From positions 744,001-808,000 of the forward strand of contig NW_025764926.1 in the NCBI RefSeq assembly GCF_003918875.1: a stretch of 64,000 nucleotides of DNA, written 5' to 3'. Source of the stretch: Haliotis rubra. Lineage: Eukaryota. Shown in pieces: positions 49,833 through 63,137 of the stretch (position 1 is the first letter of the stretch; each line of letters begins with the position of its first letter). The notes under the pieces were generated by a model that did no database searches, was not told the origin of the DNA, and worked only from the letters and a program-made list of their open reading frames with translations. Position numbers and translations under genes: made by a program.

Positions 49833-50119
49833 ACTCACCATGTGCATGATTTTGCAAGAATATGTTACTTGTCAGCGACTTATTAAATGTATTATTACCT
49901 ACAATGACAATGTTTTTCAAAGTATGTTGACCAAATGAATACTTTTAGATGCATTTTGATCCACAATCAGGATGTTGGAGATGATTTTCAATACACATCT
50001 TCTTTTTCACAGAACTTGAAAATTGTTGTGGAATTAGTGACTTTTGTTGTTTCAGGTGGGCTTGGTTGTACTTGGTACAGGTGCTGACTGCCTAGTACAG
50101 GTGCTTGTTTGTGTTGCAG

Positions 50120-50240
50120 GTTGTAACTAGCTTTTACAAGTTACTGTCGTCAGGAGGCAGCGATGAGGCAGGGGAGAATTACTTCAAAAGTTTAAGACGT
50201 TATGAAGCTGCCCTTGGAGAGCGAGGCGAGTTCTTTGGAG
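50120..50240 (+). CDS. GSTO: Omega-class GST exon 4 (VVTSFYKLL...LGERGEFFG)
   Basis: Manual translation; CAG/GTGAGA boundaries; phase 0/1; FFGG motif spans the junction with exon 5. Confidence 0.88.
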
Positions 50241-50307
50241 GTGAGAATAAGATATGCTGATGAGATCTACAATCAGTTCTCTTCTGATACCTCAACCCTC
50301 CCTATTA

Positions 50308-53300
50308 CTGACCTGAGATTAACTCTCCCTGTTACCTGACTGAGATCAACAATCTCTGTCACCTGACAAATCTCAACTCACCCTGTGACCGGACAGAGAA
50401 AACTCTCCCTGTGACCTGACTGAGATCAACTCTCCCTGTGACCTGACACAGATCAACTCTCCTTGTAACTTGACACAGATCAACTCTCCCTGTAACCTGA
50501 CACAAATCAACTCTCCCTGTGACCTGACTGAGATCAACTCTCCCTGTGACCTGACACTGATCAACTCTCCTTGTAACTTGACACAGATCAACTCACCCTG
50601 TGACCTGACACAGATCAACTCACCCTGTGACCTGACTGAGATCAACTCTCCCTGTGACCTGACTGAGAAAACTCTCCCTTTGACCTGACACAGATCAACT
50701 CTCCCTGTGACCTGACTGACATCAACTCTCCTGTGACCTGACTGAGATCAACTCTCCCTGTGACCTGACACTGATCAACTCTCCTTATAACATGATGGAG
50801 ATCAACTCTCCCTGTGACCTGACTGAGATCAACTCTCCCTGTGACCTGACAGAGATCAACTCTCCCTGTGACCTGACACTGATCAACTCTCCCTGTGACC
50901 TGACTGAGATCAACTTACCCTGTAACCTGACGGAGATCAACTGTCCCTGTGACATGAGATCAACTGTCCCTGTGACCTGAGTGAGATCAACTGTCCCTGT
51001 GACCTGACTGAGATCAACTCTCCCTATGACCTGACTGAGATCAACTCTCCCTGTCACTTGACACACAGATCATCTCTCACTGTGACCTGACTGAGATCAA
51101 CTGTCCCTTTGACCTGACACAGATCAACTCTCCCTGTAACCTGACGGAGATCAACTGTCCCTGTGACATGAGATCAACTGTCCCTGTGACCTGAGAGAGA
51201 TCAACTGTCCCTTTGACCTGACGGAGATCAACTGTCCCTTTGACCTGACGGAGATCAACTGTCCCTGTGACCTGACTGAGATCAACTCACCCTGTGATCT
51301 GACTGAGATCAACTCTCCCTGTGACCTGACACAGATCAACTCTCCCTGTGACCTGACCGAGATCAACTCACCCTGTGACCTGACCGAGATCAACTCTCCC
51401 TGTGACCTCACTCAGATCAACTCTCCCTGTAACCTGACGGAGATCAACTGTCCCTGTGACATGAGATCAACTCTCCCTGTGACCTGACTGACATCAACTC
51501 TCCTGTGACCTGACTGCGATCAACTCTCCCTGTGACCTGACACTGATCAACTCTCCTTATAACATGATGGAGATCAACTCTCCCTGTGACCTGACTGAGA
51601 TCAACTCTCCCTGTGACCTGACAGAGATCAACTCTCCCTGTGACCTGACACTGATCAACTCTCCCTGTGACCTGACTGAGATCAACTTACCCTGTAACCT
51701 GACGGAGATCAGCTGTCCCTGTGACATGAGATCAACTGTCCCTGTGACCTGAGTGAGATCAACTGTCCCTGTGACCTGACTGAGATCAACTCTCCCTATG
51801 ACCTGACTGAGATCAACTCTCCCTGTCACTTGACACACAGATCATCTCTCACTGTGACCTGACTGAGATCAACTGTCCCTTTGACCTGACACAGATCAAC
51901 TCTCCCTGTAACCTGACGGAGATCAACTGTCCCTGTGACATGAGATCAACTGTCCCTGTGACCTGAGAGAGATCAACTGTCCCTTTGACCTGACGGAGAT
52001 CAACTGTCCCTTTGACCTGACGGAGATCAACTGTCCCTGTGACCTGACACAGATCAACTCACCCTGTGATCTGACTGAGATCAACTCTCCCTGTGACCTG
52101 ACACAGATCAACTCTCCCTGTGACCTGACCGAGATCAACTCACCCTGTGACCTGACCGAGATCAACTCTCCCTGTGACCTCACTCAGATCAACTCTCCCT
52201 GTAACCTGACGGAGATCAACTGTCCCTGTGACATGAGATCAACTGTCCCTTTGACCTGACGGAGATCAACTGTCCCTGTGACCTGACACAGATCAACTCT
52301 CCCTGTAACCTGACGGAGATCAACTCTCCCTGTGACATGAGATCAACTGTCCCTTTGACCTGACGGAGATCAACTCTCCCTGTGACCTGACACAGATCAA
52401 CTCTCCCTGTGACCTGACCGAGATCAACTCACCCTGTGACCTGACCGAGATCAACTCTCCCTGTGACCTCACACAGCTCAACTCTCCCTGTAACCTGACG
52501 GAGATCAACTGTCCCTGTGACATGAGATCAACTGTCCCTGTGACCTGAGTGAGATTAACTCTCCCTGTGACCTGACTGAGATCAACTCTCCCTGTGACCT
52601 GACTGAGATCAACTCACCCTGTGATCTGACTGAGATCAACTCTCCCTGTGACCTGACACAGATCAACTCTCCCTGTGACCTGACCGAGATCAACTCACCC
52701 TGTGACCTGACCGAGATCAACTCTCCCTGTGACCTCACTCAGATCAACTCTCCCTGTAACCTGACGGAGATCAACTGTCCCTGTGACATGAGATCAACTC
52801 TCCCTGTGACCTGACTGACATCAACTCTCCTGTGACCTGACTGCGATCAACTCTCCCTGTGACCTGACACTGATCAACTCTCCTTATAACATGATGGAGA
52901 TCAACTCTCCCTGTGACCTGACTGAGATCAACTCTCCCTGTGACCTGACTGAGATCAACTCTCCCTGTGACCTGACAGAGATCAACTCTCCCTGTGACCT
53001 GACACTGATCAACTCTCCCTGTGACCTGACTGAGATCAACTTACCCTGTAACCTGACGGAGATCAACTGTCCCTGTGACATGAGATCAACTGTCCCTGTG
53101 ACCTGAGTGAGATCAACTGTCCCTGTGACCTGACTGAGATCAACTCTCCCTATGACCTGACTGAGATCAACTCTCCCTGTCACTTGACACACAGATCATC
53201 TCTCACTGTGACCTGACTGAGATCAACTGTCCCTTTGACCTGACACAGATCAACTCTCCCTGTAACCTGACGGAGATCAACTGTCCCTGTGACATGAGAT

Positions 53301-54603
53301 CAACTGTCCCTGTGACCTGAGAGAGATCAACTGTCCCTTTGACCTGACGAGATCAACTGTCCCTTTGACCTGACGGAGATCAACTGTCCCTGTGACCTGA
53401 CACAGATCAACTCACCCTGTGATCTGACTGAGATCAACTCTCCCTGTGACCTGACACAGATCAACTCTCCCTGTGACCTGACCGAGATCAACTCACCCTG
53501 TGACCTGACCGAGATCAACTCTCCCTGTGACCTCACTCAGATCAACTCTCCCTGTAACCTGACGGAGATCAACTGTCCCTGTGACATGAGATCAACTGTC
53601 CCTTTGACCTGACGGAGATCAACTGTCCCTGTGACCTGACACAGATCAACTCTCCCTGTAACCTGACGGAGATCAACTCTCCCTGTGACATGAGATCAAC
53701 TGTCCCTTTGACCTGACGGAGATCAACTCTCCCTGTGACCTGACACAGATCAACTCTCCCTGTGACCTGACCGAGATCAACTCACCCTGTGACCTGACCG
53801 AGATCAACTCTCCCTGTGACCTCACACAGATCAACTCTCCCTGTAACCTGACGGAGATCAACTGTCCCTGTGACATGAGATCAACTGTCCCTGTGACCTG
53901 AGTGAGATTAACTCTCCCTGTGACCTGACTGAGATCAACTCTCCCTGTGACCTGACTGAGATCAACTCTCCCTGTCACTTGACACACAGATCATCTCTCA
54001 CTGTGACCTGACTGAGATCAACTGTCCCTTTGACCTGACACAGATCAACTCTCCCTGTAACCTGACGGAGATCAACTGTCCCTGTGACATGAGATCAACT
54101 GTCCCTGTGACCTGAGTGAGATCAACTGTCCCTTTGACCTGACGGAGATCAACTGTCCCTGTGACCTGACACCGATCAACTCTCCCTGTGACCTGACCAA
54201 GATCAACTCTCCCTGTGGCCTCACACAGATCAACTCTCCCTGTAACCTGACACAGATCAACTGTCCCTGTGACATGAAATCAACTGTCCCTTTGACCTGA
54301 CGGAGATCAACTGTCCCTGTGACCTGACACAGATCAACTGTCCCTGTGACCTGACACAGATCAACTCACCCTGTGACCTGACACAGATCAACTACCCCTG
54401 TGACCTGACCGAGATCAACTCCCCCTTTGACCTGATCGAGATCAACTCTCCCTGTGACCTGACACAGATCAACTCACCCTGTGACCTGACCGAGATCAAC
54501 TCACCCTGTGACCTGACCGAGATCAACTCTCCCTGTGACCTCACACAGATCAACTCACCCTGTGACCTGACACAGAGCAACTCCCCCCATGACACAGATC
54601 AAC
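50308..54603. repeat. 27-bp minisatellite with higher-order structure in GSTO intron 4 (gagatcaactctccctgtgacctgact)
   Basis: About 4.3 kb; near-identical variant blocks offset by 772 bp (50785/51557, 51151/51923) and again at 52884. Confidence 0.97.
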
Positions 54604-54738
54604 ACTTAGCCATGACCTGTCATGGACAAACTGTTGGAGACCACCTGAATCCCATGATTGTGAATCTTTCAGTTTATGTGTAGGTAAAATATGAAACATA
54701 TTCATTGTGTCATTCATGCACTCTTTCCTCCAAACCAG

Positions 54739-54977
54739 GTGCCACCCCGTGCATGGTGGACTTCACTCTGTGGCCATGGTTTGAAAGAGATGGAGTCGTG
54801 GAGAAAGTGGCGCCAAAGTATGCCATCACTGAAAACAACTTCCCAAACCTCGCAGCCTGGCAAAAGAGAATGTATGAACTTCCAGCAGTCAAGGCCACCA
54901 TGTTTGATGCAGAGTCACATTTGAGATTCTATGCGTCCTTCAAAGCAGGTGCCCCAGACTACGACTTTGGTTTATGA
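54739..54977 (+). CDS. GSTO: Omega-class GST last exon (GATPCMVDFTLWPWFER...PDYDFGL*)
   Basis: WPWFER and C-terminal DY.GL-like motifs typical of omega GSTs; CAG acceptor; corrected CDS totals 711 nt, 236 aa. Confidence 0.95.
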
Positions 54978-57900
54978 CTAGGTCAGGCAAAACTCTGAAC
55001 GTTGACTGAACCCAAGGCTGCTTTTGTTTTAGTGCATGGTTTTTTGAAATTTTCTCTATGGTCAGGTGTCAGTTAGTGATATCAGAGAAGAAATAACTGC
55101 CTAATCTGTCCCATGCAAAGCAGGATAAATTGGTTATTTGTAAAACAGAATTGTAGGGGGTTGTGATTTTATCTTTTATCACAAGTAGAGCAATCAGGGA
55201 CGTAAATTCATTTTAGAATCTTTATTATTTTACTTTCTGTTTGTTGCATATTAATGATCAAATTACAAATATTTCATCTTACTCAGATTTTTATTACATG
55301 TCAAGAATGAACAAATGACAGAATGATATGTAGAAACAAAATGGAAGCATATTTTGAGCAGGAAATTACGATTAAGGCAAAAAGGATCTTACCTCATTTG
55401 TCAAGGTAGTAATATTTTAATATTTCCTTGAATAATGTTGATATGAGCATTTCTGGTAAACACAGAAATAAACATTCGTCATAGGACAGTATACTCTTAT
55501 ATTCTCCCATGAGTGGATATGTAAAATTCACACACACAGAAGACAATATACAGTATATATCCCAGTAATTCACTGGTGTCAACTTAGCCTTCACCAAGGG
55601 GCCAATGTATGCAAGTGCTGAGGCTGCATATACCAAGATAGTATTCACTGTGATTTGTTTTAGTATTTGAATTGTAACTTGTACTCTGCGTGATTGAAAG
55701 TTGTTGCACTGTTTACCTACCCCTCTACCTTATTGCATATGTACTACTCAGAAAACAGTATGGATTGTCTGACTTATTCATATGACTAGTTGGTCATTAC
55801 TGGTAGGTATTACAACAATCAGCCGTCCAGTAGTGGGTGCTCTTTAACTTGTTTGAGTAGTATATATTCATTATTACATTCAAAATTAGAACATAATGTA
55901 TTATGGATGAAAAGAATTGAATAGCTTCTGTTAAACAGGCAGGGACAGTTATGAAGCATCCATAGTTTGATCGTCGCCACTATTTGTCAGTCTATATACA
56001 ATTACGTCATACTTCTGGATTGCTAGAATTTATCCACACAAGAAACATTAGGGGAACTAAAGCCGGCATTTAGTTTATTCAAATCAAAGTAGCTTATTGA
56101 TATTTATTTAGAAAATGTGACTATAATGTTTCTTCATAAGTTATACAATGTTATGCCATATTTGGCTACAGAAATTTGTATGTAATAATATTGGGAGAAT
56201 TAATGTTCTCTTTGAATTACAAAAATATACAAATTATATATACTGCCTGTATTCTTTATAATTTTCATTAATTATTCCATTTATATCTGAAATCTATTAT
56301 AATTGGGGATTGTATTCATCAACAATACACATTGTTTGACTTTCATGTTTGCATTACTACTAACTGATGTTTGTAGCTGTATTATCCAAGTGCCATAATT
56401 GCGTTGATAATCATTAATGTTTTATCTGAATTACTGTGTAGCTAGGTTGTTATATAAAATCCTCCAGTTAGTTATTGTTTGACCGAAAGTAATGACCAAT
56501 TCTTCAGCAGCTTACTTGTAATTGTTTCGTTACCCAGTATTTGTGATGTATATCATATTCCCCTCATAGCTGGACCCTTGTAAACATTATGCTTATATGT
56601 GCCATATGATAGATGCAAGACATAGTACATGTTTACAGCTTACCAGTGCTGCATATTCTCAGAGAATATTTAAAAGATTAGAAACATGTTTCTAATGTGT
56701 AGTTGAATTTCTGCTTCTTCTTGTTGCTGTATTTATACAGAAGTTGATACAATGACAAATAGTTTTGAGACATATGATTACTATGGGTACAGATTGTGAT
56801 TGTAAGGCCTTGACTTGTCAGCAAGAATAAAGTTATCACAGTTAAAACAGTGTTTCGAATCAATCAGGTGAGTATTAGTCCCTTTATACGTCTCACTAAC
56901 AGGGGCTAACTGGTTGGTTTTCATTGAGAGGAGGGCTGGGGGGCAGGGGGTTGGTAGCCTAGTGGTTAAAGCATTTGCTCATCTTGCTGAAGTCCGGGGT
57001 TCATTTCCCCACATGGGTACAATGTGTGAAGCCCATTTCCAGTGTCCCCCACCCTGATATTGCTGGAATATTGCTGAATGGGGTGTAAAACTGTTAGTGT
57101 ATACTGTTTTAGAAGATAACGTAAATTATTAAATTTGGATATTATAGATAGTTATTTCTTGCACATGCTAAATGTTTGAGATATTGTGAAAGAGTACCAT
57201 TGCAAGACTAAGGCAGTGACTGAAAATATAACACTTCTAAATAATTGTTTACACAGTAGGATAATAAAACAATAACCATAACCAGTTATGATGTCTCGGT
57301 TTCATGTGGGGCAATTGTTGCAAATACAGGACAAATTTGGCAGACTTATCCCTCTTGAAAGGAAAAGGGTACAACTTTACAATATGTTCGCCTCTTATTA
57401 CACCAACTAATTGTAAGGTAATACCATTTTATCCATGTTGGATTGGATATACAAACCGTTTTATGGACCATGTTACGTATCTGCCTTGGAATTTGAAAAT
57501 AAATGAGAGAGACGCTATCGTCCTTTAATAATCTGAAGTGGCAGTCAACTTTATATGTCTGCCTGCCATTTTTAATTGTTGGTGGGGTAGCATAGTGGGT
57601 AAAGCATTTGCTCGTCACACCGAAGACCCAGGTTCTGGTGTCGCCCGTGATATTGCTGGAATATTGCTAAAAGCGGTGTTAAACTCACTCATGCACTAGT
57701 TATGTTGGTATGATTTTCTCCAAATATCCATATTGCTGAAGCCTTCATAGGACTTAATATCTCAAAACCCAGGACTCAACTCCAAAACCTGCTGAACAAA
57801 TTGTAAATTTGCTCACGGGGAAAAAACGTTCCAAGTCAGGAAAACATTTGACAGTTTGTCCATTAGCTTTTCAAAATAAAACAAAGTATTAATTTGTTTG

Positions 57901-58309
57901 GTGTCAGATGAAGATGGTAATTTCAACTTTAATCGACTACTACGTATCTAAGGGAACTAACTCATCTGATGCTAACGTGACTATCAAAGTCGAATTATCA
58001 TTTGAATCGGACATAAAATAATTCATGATTGGCCGCATGGGTTGCCTACAGCCGTTTGGACGAAGCAAGAATGTTTAACACGGCGGGGAATATAATGATA
58101 GGCACGTTGTTTCTGTTTTTCTAAATGAACCCATGTTACACACGCGACGAACACTCATTTGTAACCATTACGCTGTCTCACATCCTCGATAATCTCCAGG
58201 GTATACGTTACGATCAATCTCCACTATTGGCTTTCTCAAAGCCAAAGAACAAGTATATGCATGTTGAAAATACACAGTAATCATCATCAACTACTTCACA
58301 GCCGTCACG

Positions 58310-58524
58310 ACCCCTGAAGATCCGGTTTAGAATTGATCTTCATTAAGACATGCTTGTCGTAAGAAGCGACTAACGGGATCGAGTGGTCAGGCTCGCTGAC
58401 TTCGTTGATCGATGCTCATGCTGTTGATCACTGGATTGTCAGGTCCAGACTCGATTATTTACAGACCGCAACCATATAGGTGGAATATTGCTGAGTGCGA
58501 CGTTAAACTCAACTCACTCACTCA
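58310..58524 (+). mobile_element. SINE-B copy
   Basis: Consensus match; imperfect TSD tcacag(c/t)cg(t/c)cacg. Confidence 0.85.
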
Positions 58525-59446
58525 CAGTCGCCACGTGAAAAAATATAATTAAAAATTGTTTTCACAAAATTGAAATATAAGAATATTTCACACAACACTA
58601 GTTTCACTCTTGGATAAATGGACCAGTGAATCTTTGGGTGATTAATCTGTGTTTAATGAGATTAATGTGAACACCCGTGAGTCGTGTCTAACCTAGTCTG
58701 TCTCACAGTCCCTGAACCAGATTAATTTCCCTACTGCCAAGCCCTCTCCGCAGTGCTAAAGCCCTAAATAAAGCAAGTCTAGATTTCCTCAGGTTCTCTG
58801 GTCTCCCTGGGGCTCCTTTTCAATATAAATGGGCTTGTTTGTTACTATCAAAATTATATATATTCAGAGACTAAGCCTTAGTCTATGTCTAACCGTGCAC
58901 TTTTACACTCCAACACCACATTTCTATCGACGGGTCTGCTTTGGGATACAGTCGGACACGAGAGACGTCCTGTGACGTCATCTACTGTTTAACGGGATAT
59001 CATATAACGATACAAATGATCATTATTGTCAAGATCAACTATTCTCGATGACAGTTATTTTTTCTTTTCATAGCTTTTGAAACCTGGATACTAACATATT
59101 ACACTGTTTGCCGATACTGGTATTTGCTTCCTTACATCCGCAGCATTTTGTCATAAATGCTTGGCTCTGTTGGGACATGAGTGCACAACAAAGTCAGTAA
59201 TCTTTACTAACCATTTTCCATTTTCTACATTTTGCTACATTTGTTTATGTCGGTTTCTAATTCAGGAGATGCATAAGAGACCGATTGGGCGTTGTTTACG
59301 CCGCTTTTGAAAATATGTAGGGAATATCACTGGGTGAGATGCCAGCAATGGGCTTCACAATCCCTGTCGAAATCAACCAAGGCCATCAGTATGGCTGTAT
59401 CAGTACTCTTTATGGTACTTAACTGAGAATAGCATCTTGAGCAAGG

Positions 59447-61447
59447 TCTTATTTTCCCCACTTGTATTCCCTCTGGTCTTACTTTCCCTCGCCTGCATTC
59501 CTTCTGGTCTTACTTTCCCTCGCCTGCATTCCTTCTGGTCTTACTTTCCCTCGCCTGTTATCCCTCGGGTCTTACTTTCCCTCGCCTGCATTCCTTCTGG
59601 TGTTACTTTCCCTCGCCTGTTATCCCTCGGATCTAACTTTCCCTCGCCTGCATTCCTTCTGGTCTTACTTTCCCTCGCCTGTATTCCCTCGGATCTAACT
59701 TTCCCTCGCCTGCATTCCTTCTGGTCTTACTTTCCCTCGTCTGTATTCCCTCGGATCTAACTTTCCCTCGCCTGCATTCCTTCTGATCTTACTTTCCCTT
59801 GCCTCTGTTCCCATCGGTTCTTAGTTTCCCCACCTGTGTTCCCTCGGGTCTTTCCGCCCGGAGAGCGGAAGGTCGCGGGTTCGATCCCCGGCCGCGTCAT
59901 ACCAAAAGACGTTAAAATATGGTACTTGTTGGTCCCTGCCTGGCGCTCGGCATTAATGGGTACATCAAGGACTGGTCGGCTCGGGGTCCGTATAATGTGT
60001 CTTAGTGGGGTATTCATGCTTCACTGTGGCATGGTATCTCAGTGGGTTAGCACTATAAAACCAGCTTCAGTCTGAGCTAGTACAAGCAGCCGCACCTACA
60101 CATACACACGCATTCATGTCGTCATATGAGTGAAATATTCTCAAGCACGACGTTAAACCCAATTTCACCTCACCACAACTCCCTCGGGTCTTACTTTCCC
60201 CCTTACCTCTATTCCCCTCGGGTCTTACTTTCCCTTGCCTCTATTCCCCTCGGCACTTACTTTCCCTCACCTCTATTCCCCTCGGGTCTTACTTTCCCTT
60301 ACCTCTATTCCCCTCGGGTCTTACTTTCCCTTACCTCTATTCCCCTCGGGTCTTACTTTCCCTTACCTCTATTCCCCTCGGATCTTACTTTCCCTCACCT
60401 CTATTCCCCTGGGGTCCTACTTTCCCCACCTGTATTACCTCGGGTCTTACTTTCCCTTGCCTCTATTCCCCTGGGGTCCTACTTTCCCCACCTGTATTCC
60501 CTGGGGTCCTACTTTTCCTTGCCTCTATTCCCCTCGGGTCTTACTTTCCCTTGTCTCTATGCCCCTGGGGTCCTACTTTCCCCACCTGTATTCCCTCGGG
60601 TCTTACTTTCCCTTGCCTCTATGCCCCTCGGGTCTTACTTTCCCTCACCTCTATTCCCCTCGGGTCTTACTTTCCCATGCCTCTATTCCCCTGGGATCTT
60701 ACTTTCCCTTGCCTCTATTCCCCTGGGGTCTTACTTTCCCTTGCCTCTATTCCCCTGGGGTCTTACTTTCCCTTGCCTCTATTCCCTTTGGGTCTTACTT
60801 TCCCTTGCCTCTATTCCCCTGGGGTCTTACTTTCCCCACCTGTATTCCCTCGGGTCTTACTTTCCCTTTGCTTCTATTCCCCTGGGGTCTTACTTTCCCT
60901 TGCCTCTATGCCCCTCGGGTCTTACTTTCCCTCACCTCTGTTCCCCTCGGGTCTTACTTTCCCTTGCCTCTATTCCCCTGGGGTCTTACTTTCCCCACCT
61001 GTATTCCCTCGGGTCTTACTTTCCCTTGCCTCTATTCCCCTGGGGTCTTACTTTCCCCTTGCCTCTATTCCCTTCAGGTCTTACTTTCCCTTGCCTCTAT
61101 TCCCCTCAGGTCTTACTTTGTCTTGCTTCTATTCCCTTCGGGTCTTACTTTCTTACTTTCCCTCACCTCTGTTCCCCTCGGGTCTTACTTTCCCTTGCCT
61201 CTATTCCCCTGGGGTCTTACTTTCCCCACCTGTATTCCCTCGGGTCTTACTTTCCCTTGCCTCTATTCCCCTGGGGTCTTACTTTCCCTTGCCTCTATTC
61301 CCTTCGGGTCTTACTTTTCCTTGCCTCTATTCCCCTCGGGTCTTACTTTGTCTTGCTTCTATTCCCTTCGGGTCTTACTTTCATTTTGCTTCTATTCCCC
61401 TCGGGTCTTACTTTCCCTTGCCTCTATTCCCCTCGGGTCTTACTTTT
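59447..61447. repeat. 31/32-bp pyrimidine-rich minisatellite interrupted by SINE-C
   Basis: cttgcctctattcccctcgggtcttactttcc units; source of the long spurious ORFs at 60126-61576. Confidence 0.95.
59853..60177 (+). mobile_element. SINE-C copy (5'-truncated) inserted in a minisatellite array
   Basis: Reverse-complement match to 42569-42906. Confidence 0.85.
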
Positions 61448-61881
61448 GATATTGTGAGATCAATTTGCACAGCGCCAATTCAAAACGAGTTATTTCTTCA
61501 ATCTAAAGGGGTGAATGGGGGACACACACTGTCCTTGTTCCTGACTCAAGTGTTTGTCATACAGTTACTGCATTAGTGCGCTGTCAGTCTGGAATTATCT
61601 GCAGTAAAATATGCATATTTATTGCCGCGTGTCACGAGGGACGGAAACATCTCACTAAGCACTTATGAAATAAAATGTTCGACTATTTTAGGAAATGCGG
61701 ACTATGTAACAACCCGTAATGTCAAACAAACGTAAGATACAAGTCAAGTTTGATCCTTTAAGGAACATATGAGACTTAGGTCACAACAAATCGATATTTG
61801 AGGTGGGGTTACCACGTTGTTTCCCTCACCTCTTGGGCGGAGGGGTAGCCTAGTGGTTAAAGCGTTCGCTCGTCACACTGA

Positions 61882-62114
61882 GTGAGTGAGTGAATGAGTT
61901 TATGTTAAGCCGCACTATATGGCGGCGGTCTGTAAATAATCGAGTCTGGACCAGACAACCCAGTGATCAACCGCATGAGCATCGATCGGCGCAAGTGGAA
62001 ACCGATGACACGTGTCAACCAAGCCAGCGAGTCTGACCACCCGATCCCGTTAGTCGCCTCTTACGACAAGCATGGGTTACTGAAGGTTCATTCTAACCCG
62101 GACCTTCACGGGTG
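61882..62114 (-). mobile_element. SINE-B copy inserted into a SINE-A (61836-62230, +)
   Basis: 12-bp TSD tcgtcacactga at 61870-81 and 62115-26 inside the SINE-A tRNA head. Confidence 0.92.
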
Positions 62115-62787
62115 TCGTCACACTGAAGACCCGAGTTCGATTCCCCACATGGGTACAATGTGTGATGCCCATTTCTGGTGTTTCCCGCTCTCTTATTGCA
62201 GGAATATTGCTAAAAGCTGCATAAAACCATATTATTTTACTCTTCACCTCTTACTCTCCCTCGGACTTACTTTTGTTCTAGTCTACTCCACTCATTCAGT
62301 CAGTAGTAGGCTGGGTGACTTGGTGACTTGCCGTACATGGTACTCCGACTGTGCCCATGATAACAGTCACTGGTTTCTCCGACGTATTTGCAGGCCGCAC
62401 TTATACAGTTAGACAATGCTAGGGGCGACGTAAACCAACAAAGACGCCTATATGTGTATAATAAGGGATAATAATGGCCAAACGCCCTCTGAAAGTAGAG
62501 AAGTCGCGATATTTGACGGCGTAAAATCTTATTCACTCACTCGATATTTGACGGCGTAAAATCTTATTCACTCACTCACTAAAATAATGTACGCTATCAT
62601 GATGTATTTGCCCATCCGCCCTCTCAATGAAGCAAGTCTAGGTTTGAGGTGTAACGGCTATCTCCCTTGGGCCTTTTTTCAGTTTAAATGCCGCTGTTTG
62701 GTTCTATCAAAATGATACATGGGCCGCCATTTTTTAAATGATACATGATGATTTTCAGAATAAAGCGCCATGCTACTGCACACCCCC

Positions 62788-63137
62788 GTGAGTGAGTATG
62801 GTTTTACGCCGCGTTTAGCAATGATTCAGCAATATCACGGCGGGGGACAACAGAAATGGGCTTCACACATTGTACCCATGTGGGGAATCGAACCCGGGTC
62901 TTCAGCGTGACGAGCGGACGCTTTAACCATTAGTCTATCCCGCCGCCCCCGTATAACCCTAAGGATCGAGTAGGCACAAGGGATCAGTGAGTGAGTATAG
63001 TTTTACGCCGCTTGTAGCAATATTCCAGCAATATCACGGCTGGGGAACCAGAAATGGGCTTCAAACGTGGGGAATCGAACCCGGGTTTTTGGCGTGACGA
63101 GCGAACGCCTTAACCTCTAGGCTACCTCCACCGCCCC
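62788..63137 (-). mobile_element. Two adjacent SINE-A copies
   Basis: Consensus matches; the second copy is flanked by the 17-bp TSD gcacaagggatcagtga. Confidence 0.88.

Noticed and set aside
50258-50290. CTGATGA hammerhead-like seeds (also 15727 and 27802)
   Set aside because: No stem II followed by GAAA and no stem I.
50373-54595. Many SVRSQGELI / EINSPCDLT ORFs
   Set aside because: Translations of the 27-bp minisatellite inside a GSTO intron.
60126-61576. Long ORFs of 443, 404 and 341 aa
   Set aside because: All three frames are open because the 31/32-bp repeat lacks stops; the translations are repetitive and have no domain.
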